Source: Tubiluchus corallicola (Eukaryota; Animalia; Priapulida). From it: a stretch of DNA of 64,000 bases. The number at the start of each line of letters is the position of its first letter. Position 1 is the first letter of the stretch. Shown here one piece after another: positions 47,601 through 58,500 of this stretch. Made by a program: the position numbers and the translations under genes. Where the stretch lies: the NCBI GenBank assembly GCA_030141605.1, contig JAQGDQ010000538.1, positions 84,807-148,806 on the forward strand. The letters run 5' to 3'. Below the pieces are notes generated by a model. That model saw nothing but the letters and a program-made list of their open reading frames with translations. It was not told where the DNA came from and ran no database searches.

Positions 47601-50600
47601 AAAAAATAATAAAATTATAATTATTATTTTTTCATTTTCAGGAAATGTTTAGAATAAAATTTCGAAATGTACAGAGAAAAGAAAAGAGAGAGAGAGACAG
47701 AGAGAGAGAGAGGAGAGAGAAAAAGAAAGAAAAACAGAGAGGAGATAGATAGATAGATAGACAGATGCATTTTTAGAGATAGAGAAGGAATGCAAGTAGG
47801 CTAAAATCAGCAGTCAGATCATAAAAATCACTGTACCCGTAATTTCATGCAAAATGCATAACAACTGAAACTAGTTGACAATGTTTCTGACGTGGTCAGA
47901 AACTGAAGATTTTGCAAACAATAATTATAAAATTGAGCCTTATATATGAAGTGACGACTTTTTTTGAATGTGCCTATTTTCTGTTATTGAATTCACCTTG
48001 CTTAAATACATCGGAAGTGCATTTTACAATGAAACCTCATCATTTAACTGTTCAGCCCATCACCCATAGGTCAATGGTCAACCAATCTCGGCATAACTCA
48101 TACCATTCAATTTGTCTCCTCGACTCGCTAGAGGGGTTGCTGGTTAACTATTCTCATTGTACTATTCGATCTGCCTCATCGAGACCTTTCAATTGATATG
48201 CTACAAGGTACCATTCCTCAACACTCCATGCACTTCTGTTCACGATTCCCATTTTTCGGTTTTTGCCCCCTAGAGGAAAATTTTCCTACACAAGCATGTC
48301 CCATATTTTGTGATGTGCAAGGCTCCGACCCCACCTTTCAACATAACAAACATTGTGGCTCTAGCTCAAAAACCATGGAAGTAGATGGACCATAAAAAAA
48401 TAAATGACCTACCCGCTCCGTGATCTTTGACCCAGCAACTCGGGTCACATGTATACATAGATAACTTTGACCAGAGAGTGTACCGCATGAGTTTTGTGTC
48501 CCTAGCTCTCGGCATGTAAAAGGTCACCAATTGGGGACCCCAAATTCTGCATTTTGGCCCCTACCTCGGGTGTTTAAACCTTGTCAGTTTTTTAAGACCC
48601 CAGGTGCACATCTACTCCACAATTAGAAAAAACCGAAAGGCCTAGGAGGAGATGACAATGAAAGGAAAAACTGACCAATGCACACTGTCTCTCCCTCCTT
48701 GACCAGTGACCACCACACTGTATTTTATCCCCCGAGCAGGACCACCAATCCTGTGAGTTTGGTGATCCTAGCTTGCAAGGATAAGAGTTCTTAAGCATTA
48801 GTTGCGGAGAATAAATAATAATAATAATACTCTTAATACCAAATGAAAAACAGTAAGAGTTTGCTATAGCAAAATCTTAATAATTTCACAATAAATAACT
48901 GCAAAGCAATTTATTAATATGAAGTAAGTATAGTTGGAATGTTTCTGCATGTTTTCACATTGTTTCTTCTAACATGTGTGGGTTCATATAATGTTTTGTT
49001 TCAGATCACACTTTGCTGGAACACATTAAAGTGAGACTAGTTCAGCAAAGATTTACTATATTAACAAAAAATAGCTGAAAATTGTAAGCATCTTTAAACA
49101 GTTTAAATGCTTGTGAATTAAAACATAAGTAGAGTACAGTTAGCAAAAAACAAAAAATGTACTTTTGCTGTAATTTGCAATAAGAGCAGGTCTGTTATAA
49201 AAGCAACCTTCTCCTTCAGTAGGGACATTATACTGCATTGATCCATTGTAACAATACCAAGTATACCTATCATAAAAAAGCAAATTTTCAAAATAATGAC
49301 GATGACAATTATGATGATGATGATGATGGTAATGATGATGATGATTATGTTAGCGATAGAGATGAAAATAATGATAGTAATAACAAAAAAGTAGGCAGGA
49401 AAAGATTCTACATTGAATCCTGAGAAATATTGGTTGTGGCATCCTGAGAAATTTGGGCAGCCTGGTGAAAGGTGAAACTTTAGCCATGGCTGGCATTTCA
49501 CCTTGTTACAGTGTCACGAATAAAACTTTTGTGGAGGTGATGTTTGTAGTTCATCCAGCTTTCCTTAGCATGTCATTTTGACACGTTCTGCTTGCTAGTC
49601 TGTGTTTACATAATCGATTGCAGGTGATGCATATAAAAATGCATCTGCCAAGTAGCACAATGACAGAGAGTACACGGTCCAAACTCGCATGTAATGCTTT
49701 GGGAGGTTGGCCTGTCATCAGGATAAAAATTTCAGATAGCTATACTGCCATGGACGTAATCTGTGTCTCACCATTTGAATATATACAGACATCTGCACAG
49801 AGGAGGGCTGTGGTGGTCTTGAACACTGCCCTTTTTGTTCTTTGTATCAAAAGTGCTCTTTTAGCCAAAATTAAGAAAGGATTTACCTTTTCTTCAAATA
49901 AATTTAATGTAAAAAATTCAGACTTGTTTTCGACTATTTATTCTATTAATAATAAATTGGTATTCCAAAAGTTTGAATAACTGGAACCCATTATTTTTTC
50001 ATTACTACTATATCTTGCGTGATAAACCTTCTTCACGTTGGACATATGTCTTTATTATGAATCCCAAAACTACTCTTTTAATGCAAAGGTTTTATTTAAC
50101 CCTTTACTGGCACATAAAACAGTTTTAGGGGAGGGTTTGGCATGAGGCTTCTTTGGGGTAAAGCCCTCTACAAGATTTTTACAGAAATGCGAAGAGAGGA
50201 CATTACATATGCATGGTATAGTGATAGCTTATAAGCCGGTAAAAGCTGATTATGATTCAGATTAAAGCTGCTTATATAACTGGACATACAACAAAAATGA
50301 AAATTTATCTTGAAGTTATGCAAGTTTATATCAAGTGCCAAATAAAAATAATATAAGCATTTTTAATAAGTCAAGTGAGAATAAAGATGGTTTGGTGATT
50401 TTTTTTATTTATCAACAGCATTGTAACATATAGACTATCTGTATTGACTTGTAGATACTTGTAGAAACAAATTATATTCACGTTTTTCAAATACCAAATT
50501 CTGCATTACAGTTCAAAACTGATTTACGAGCACACTTTGTGCCAAGCAGTTTGCTGATGTATCTCAAACTTGTTTTAATGGAGAGTTATATAAAGCATTC

Positions 50601-53600
50601 ATTAGCTTTGCTAATTGCAAGAGTCTAAAACTAGCCCATGTGAACAAACACGTATTACTACAGTTAATTTATGCTTTAAAACCAAACGGTTTCTTTCTTT
50701 TAATCCTCACCTGTATGCCTCAAACTCCTTTTTTGCCTCCACATTGTTTGGATCGCGAAGATGCTGATATTTGTCATCGTAGTATTCAATTTCAGGGTCA
50801 TAAGAGTTGTTTCCACTGATTATGACATCAACATCCCACCTAATTATGTGCTTTGATCCTCCATCAATAACAGGTTTTAAGAACATATGCTTAATTATAA
50901 TCCAACCCTGAAACATTGAAATACAGTAGTGATTATATAAGAGCACTTCAGATGTTCACACAGTGTGGCATTTGGCTATTGGGTATTGATGAGGCACACC
51001 ATTCAAGTATGATAGTATACTAGCTACTGGACGGTATACTGGCTACAGGATAGTATACTAGTATGCTGGCTTACACTATAGATTAATATAGGCTGTAACC
51101 TAGGGCCCCTCAAGATTGGGGAGGTCATACTTTGCATTGCTGAATAATTCGTATAACTTAAAATAAAAGGCCTGCTTGAGGCCTTTATTTGAGACAAAGG
51201 TGCCCTTGTTTGTACCCTTTATTTGAGATAAGGCTCCCAGCTATGCAAATATTACTAAAATATATCACAAGTAAAAATAGATTCGAGATGAGTGCGAGCA
51301 AAATAGAGGGTGGTTCCATCTAAGGGCTCCCCCTAACTTCATTAGCCTAGGGACCCAAAAGCAAAATTTAATACAAGTAACTAATGCACAAGCCTAACTT
51401 GCAATCATCAGATTTGCCATACCTGCCACACTAAACATCACCAACGACAGACTTCTAAAAACTTAACTCTGCAATTTAATTTGCTAAGAAGCCCAAAATA
51501 ATATTTATGAATATTTCCAAACATTCAATTGTTTATTCTGTTACTTAATGTACAGCTGGTTGTGCATTTTGAATTATTAAAATATTGAGACAAATTTAAT
51601 GTTCAACCACACAATGAAATACGTTTGTTGTGCTGCATTTTGCTTTATCGTTTATTCCTCTTTCCATTCACGAAGAAATAAAAATTTCATCAGCTCCAGA
51701 ATTGCTTTCAAAAATCTCCACTGACAAAAACAATGATGTGTAAGACAAAAGTGCAAAAAATTTTAATTAAGGACAACTTGTTGCAATTTTTTAAATATTT
51801 CAATAGAAAACACAAGTAATGCAAAACATGTACAAGTACAACAAATAACACTAATCCTTATCAACTTGTCTACATGAATGCTCAGGAATATTTTTTTCAT
51901 TCAGTTTATGTTTTGCTGCAGTCCATAAGTTACCAAAAATGTACACAATTTTGTTTTATATATTTATGTTACATTCATAACTATCCATCTACTAAGATCA
52001 TATGACTACACATTGTTTGCTCTACAGCTACTAGTAGTGGCAGGTGTATTATTCAAGCCTGCCTCACACCTAGCAAAACAATAAAATCTTATACCAAGCT
52101 TATCTGGTAGTAGTTCTCAGCTTCGGTCTCAACTGTAAGATTATGTGTTATCAAGTATCTTCCAACTTTCAGTAGAAAGGCAGGTACATTTAATATTGAG
52201 GAAGTGGTTGAAACACGTTCAGGTATGTACTGCTCAGCGCCTTTCTCTTCAAGGTATTTAGGACTCGGCAAAAAATGTTCTTCTGTGATTTCATATATTC
52301 TCCATTTATGCTTTGCTGGTCCTTTTGAATCAGGACAGTACACATCTGATATAGCGCCAACTGAAAATTTGGATGGCATCTTATATTCTGGGGCACCTGA
52401 TGGTTTGTCACTGGCATCGTATATGAGATCTGACAAAATGCATTCAACCAATCTGTTCTTCACATGCACATTCTTAGAATAATTCCAGGAAGCATGTGCA
52501 TCTGCAATTTTTAATTCACAAACTACTTCAAGCATTGTTTCACCAGACTTAAAAAATGTATGTTGATAGGTATAATGATATGTATCGTTAAAATGTCCTG
52601 AAATCTCAAATACAAATCCATGCCTCATATTAACAGTTAAAGTAAGGCTTAATCCAGGTACAGAAAAATTAGCAAGCATGCTAACTGTATAATGTTCATT
52701 TGTGTAGTAAAATCCATCACTACTCGGCTCGATGTGTAACTCTAGACTTCGTACTTTATCTAAAATAGATAAAATTATACAATGTTACTAATTTGAAGAC
52801 ATCACAATTTCTACTTTAAAATAGTTAAAATACAAATCAAATGTAGGCAAACTGCAAGAGCAAATTTGCAAAAAAAGATCTGTAATTTAGTATGAAGTAA
52901 AGATCTGTTTATTTCTAAAGAAATAAAATCAAGAATAAGCATGGTGTAAAATTAATGATACTTTTATGACTTATGCTTTGGGAATTATGGTGATAAAATA
53001 ATAAGAGATTCTTTTTAGAGATAATTATTTATCAGTTTCTTCAAATAAAAAAAAACATGTAATTTTGGTAATTTTTACTTTGACAATGTCTGAAAGGTTA
53101 ATACTACTAGGATAAACCTAAATTTTCAAATACTCAAACTTCGAAAATTACTTAGATAAAATATACCCAAATGCAATTGAAAGACAAGGATATTATCGGC
53201 CTGAATGATAATGTTTATATAACGATAAACCTGTTAGGAAGAATGTAAAATATTTAAAAAAAATTTAATAAAACTTCATTTAAAATATAACTGGCTGCCT
53301 TGAACTTCAGCAGATAAGTTTTTCAAATTAGTACAAAAGCAAATATAAAATTTTAACAACTGTAGGTAGTGATATTCATGATAATCAGAGATTATGTCAA
53401 ATTTACAATTCATCTACTTTTTTCCAATACTGTTGACACCTAATTTAAGTCAAAATTACAACTGCCTCACAAACACGCATAAAATTACATCGTCTCAAAA
53501 TGATCAAAAACATCAGTCAGCCCGCAAAATAATTGAAACAGAAAACTCGACAGAATAGATTCTGTGGCAACGGATTATTAACATATAAATTTTAGATAAT

Positions 53601-55553
53601 TTTGCCTAACTTTTAATGACTATTCCTAGTTTTGTCAACAACGATTTCAATGATGGTTACATAGCTTGACAAATTTACTGCAAGAGTGCTCCTTCATCAT
53701 ATGTCCCAGTATGGTCTGTCCGAAATACAATACAGGGACAACACAAATAAAAATGTGTAGTTACTGGTAAAAAAGCAAGAAATTTTAGTCAGAATATTTA
53801 TTTCAGCATAAAAATGAAAGAACAGATGATTCTGATGCTCTACTTGTAAGTTTAAGCGTGAAGTACTTTAGAAAAAGCAGTTCGATTTGAACACGCTTTT
53901 GATTTAACCATCGGATGTTGCGCAGAGCAGTTCAGACTTTTTCAAATTAAAATATACAATTATTTTTAATAAACTACGATTATCTCGAAATGCAAAGCTA
54001 TTTTGGCAGTGAAAAATTAGGTTGGGTTTACTGAAAAAGCTACTTCGTGGCAAAATCATCTATTTTCGGGCAAACACATTTTTTCGGGGGCAATCACCAA
54101 ATTTTTCAGGCACCGGCCACACAATGGAAAAAATAAAATAATATTTTTCATAAAGGGAAATTTCAAAATTTCTCCATGCCCCAAATGAAGTGCTCGAAAT
54201 TTGCCCATTTTTTGATTATGGAACGAGGTGAGGCAATTCCCAAATCGAAATTAACCTGCACTTTTTCCCGATTGGCACCTTTCGGGCAAAAGTGGCTCAG
54301 CCTGCTGGAAAAATAGGCCTGCACGCCTAAGCCGATGATGACTATAATAGACTTGTGGCGTGTCTGTTTGTGAATGGTTTATCAGGATTTTGATGAATTC
54401 AAATAAAGGCATTAATAGGTGATTTCCTTCAAAAAGATCGTGCCATTGTTACGGTTGCAATTGAAATGGCCATCGAGACGGCACATGACATTTGGGCAAG
54501 GCCATTTTGGCATGGAACATTTAGTCAAGGTACATTTGGCATTGGGACACATGGGCACATGACATTTGCACACAAATACAGCTTTTTTAATGATTCACTA
54601 TTTTTAAAACCACTAAAATGACTCTGCACTTTTTCATTTTCACTTTTAGTATTGCATGTAGTTTTTAAAATAAACGAAGCAAAAGAAAATATCGCATGTT
54701 TAGATTAATATTTTATTAACATATGATGGCTTTTCATTTCAAAAATGTCTAACCCATCACAAAAATAGTAAATAACAGAAATGTGAGTCACAAAAAAAAT
54801 TACTCATACCAAAACCTAGCATTAGAGCAACTAGCGCTGCCAATCCAGCTAGTATTATAATTATCATAATTACTATCATACTGCCTGGAGGCTTATATAG
54901 TATGCTTTAGCAGGAACCAACAGAAAAAATGTGGTGCACACTAGTTTACGTATTGGCTGCCGTCTCAAAAATGACTGGATCAATTAAAAAGGCAAATTAC
55001 TACTTAAAGTCTATATGATTATCAATATGAAGATTACCAAAAATTGTAAACTTTTTGATGCATCTTTTGCTAAATACATGATGAATGTGCAGTCAGCAGC
55101 ACAGCAGCACAATAGGTTTACAAATGCTAGATTAGTTTTCAGCTTTAGTTACACGATTGTACGAACAAGATTATTTCTTTTCTTACAAAAATTTAAAAAG
55201 TACCTGTCAACTATGGGCAGAGCATTCTCATAATTTTAACCTGCTAGACAGTGTAATTTATAGGGCATCACAGAATTTCATAACGTATACTTGCATGATG
55301 GAATCGCTCTACTTAAGTAGCCAGTCAAGCATAACTATGAGACCATAACTATGTAACTGTTAGTGCAACTTGCTTAATAGGGGAAATATTTGCAAACTGC
55401 ATGAATTACCTTCGGTACAGTTAACCCCAATATATTTAGCGTCGCAAGTACATGTATAATTTCCTCCTGGTAAATATTTGCACCTGCCATGAACACATGG
55501 ATTAGGTAAGCAAGCATCTAGAATTACCAAAAATAATAACTGTTAAAATCAAG

Positions 55554-55586
<33 letters not shown>

Positions 55587-58500
55587 CTTCTGTTGCTCTA
55601 AACATCTACTGAAGACATAGAGCCTCTATCCTTTATTAGAGCACTCCACTGTTTCCTGTCTGCAGCTAAAATTTTCTATTCCTGTGATGCTACTGTTAGG
55701 TTTGGTTCCACCTTTTGTAAATCTTTATTAATTCTTGATATCCAAGTTGTTTTTGTTTGCCTGGAGGTCGTTTAGTAGGTTTCAGTGTCTCGTTTAATGT
55801 TAATCGTATTGGTATAGTTTTTGGCAATCTCATGAAATGTCCTACCCATCTTAGTCTTCTGATTCTGATTTTAGTGCTCCACTATTCGGTTATTCAACTG
55901 CTTATTTGAAATGATATATGGCCATTTTACTTTTAAGATTTTTCTGAGCAGGCCTCTGTGAAATACATTTATTTCTGCTTCCTGCGTTTCAGTCTAGCCC
56001 GACATTTCACTGTCGTACATGAAGGTACTAGTTACATATTCTTGATATTTTTGCACAAAGTTTCCAACACTATTGATTTTACGTCCAACATCAACTTGGC
56101 CATTAACTTTTATCTATTACTTCATTTTACATTATCCAAATCTGGTAAGCGCTTGAAAAATAATGAAGAAAATTAAAGATGCCTTCTAACTTTGGTTAAT
56201 TAAACAACTAACTATGAAACGTGAAATAATAAATAAAATGTGACAACACATTAGCCCATATTTCAAAGGAAGGTTTGCATTTCGTTTTAATGAAACTAGT
56301 TTATTAGAATTTTTGCACACATTTGAAAGTAATGATAACTGCAAATATATAGCATTGATAAGTGAACTAAAAAAACAAACAAAAACAAACAAGAAATGTT
56401 GAAAATGCACTAACCTCTAACAGTTACTGATGCAATTTTAGATCTATATGTTTCCCTGGCGACAATATTTTCAAGTTCACAATGCCATTCAGCTGCATCC
56501 TCCATCTGTGCATTTATAATGGCAAGATTTCCATTTCCGGTATTTGTATAATTTGGATCATGCCAAGAGTACCTTGGAAAAGACTTTGGATCATTTGAAA
56601 CCAACGTGCTATTTCTATACCAACGAAGCTAATAATATAAAAAAATTGTGCAGCAGTCAATATCATACATAAAAAACTGATATCATATTGATTCAAAGTT
56701 ACATGCTTAAGCCATAGTAGTGCATTTATGCAAGCAACGTTTTAATGTGCATTTTGGAATAACTGTGAACAACAATGAATTCCTGCCAGGGCCGGTTTTA
56801 CAAAGTCGTCACTAAGTTAACGCCGTCATTATTACATTCACTTAACTATTAATAACGATGCAGTTAAATTAGTGACTGCTTTATGAAACCGGGCCCAGCT
56901 TTCCAAATTAAGATCAATTAGAGTTAAAATGAAAAAATTGTTTCGTTTTATAATAGTTCAAATAATATTACATTTAATTCTACAACAATAGGTTGCACGC
57001 GCCATCTTTGTAATTTGCAAATTATTACAGAACTAAGAATTCTCATGTTCTATGACAAAGAATCATCTCTTTAACAGTATACCAATACGACAATTTTATT
57101 GACATTTTCTCTTGCATTGACATTTCACCTATGTAGCATTAATACAACTGTAGTATAATAGTAGCATTTATAGCATTCATATTAAATCATTTACTGTTAT
57201 TGTATTAGTGGTTGAAAAATTCATTCACAATGAAGAAACAATGCTAGATTAAAAAATGTAACTTGCCCCTACTTAAAATTTTCATAATTAAATGCACTGC
57301 TTAAATTAACTAAGAACATATCTTTTGTACTTCATAAAATGAGCAAGTAAACACAAAATTGTAAAACTTATTATCAATGTGTCACACATTATCAGCTGAA
57401 TGTTTTATTCCCAACAACACCCAAGTTACCATAGCTGCAAGTAAGGAATAGTGCTTCAGCTTTACAAGAAAACAAACTTAAGACAAAGCAAACTGAAGCT
57501 TGCTTAGGAAGTGCAGCACACCTTAACAATATAAACTGTCTGCTTGCTCGCAACAACCATTTGCCAAAATCATACAAAACACAAAAACACATTTTTGCAA
57601 ATGAGAAACAATGCAGCTTAACATAAAGAATTAGAGCGCGTGCATGTATTCATACCATCCCAACTCATTTTCCTGGAAACAGATTCACTAAATCAAGGAA
57701 TGTTAAAAGAATAATATATTGTGATATAGTCACTTCCTAAAAACAGATAATGTCACATTCTATGCAAAATGCCCATGTACACTGTATTTCATAATTGCAT
57801 GAATTGTGTGCTACTATTACACAACTCGACTTGACTTTTTTGTACTGATATCACCCAATGTTAGCTACAGAATTAAGCTTTAACATTCTTAAGTATGAAA
57901 AAGAATGTGAATCCTTACAGAAAATTGTTCATTCGGTGGAAAAAAGACTTTGCAGTGCATGATGAAGCCTTCGCCTAGAGGCACTTCTTGACTTTTAGGT
58001 TGAATGATTATAGCCCACTCTAAAATTAGAAAAAAACATCTTCTCAAGCATGTAACATAATCCCGTGGATTTTATTTCAATCACACGGCAGGCAAACTGC
58101 TCAACAGATTGTGCAGAAAGATACAGTTTGGTAAAATCTGAAAATCCTGTAAAATATGGAATGTCAGAACCTTGTCGACTCATCTCGACCAATGGGGATC
58201 AACGTCAGGAGAAATGGCCTAAAATAAAATAATATTCTGCAGACTCTTATGCTGTCATGGGCTCCATACATAAGGTTTGGTAATAATAGTATAGATTTTA
58301 TTGTATGAGTGAATCGATGTATATGTAGATTTCCACACCTAGAGCCTCTGCTTTACCAAATCTCAAACAATTCATACACCAAACGAAATGTGTCCCTAAT
58401 ATTTGTCACTGATGAGTATTTTCAAATCAAAAATGAAATAATGTTACTTAACCATTTTTGCCTGATTTTGGCAAAACCTATCCTCTTTACCTGGTAAGCC

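Noticed and set aside
49118-49501. Poly-Ile and poly-Asp ORFs
   Set aside because: Products of the intronic (GAT)n repeat; the real exon 49163-49266 is in another frame (YTWYCYNGSMQY..GCFY)
54810-54884. Hydrophobic exon as the signal peptide of an independent PKD1L gene
   Set aside because: It is phase-compatible with exon 52759, so not excluded. It is disfavoured because the segment is TM-length, lacks a clear cleavage site, and has a matching stop exon downstream.
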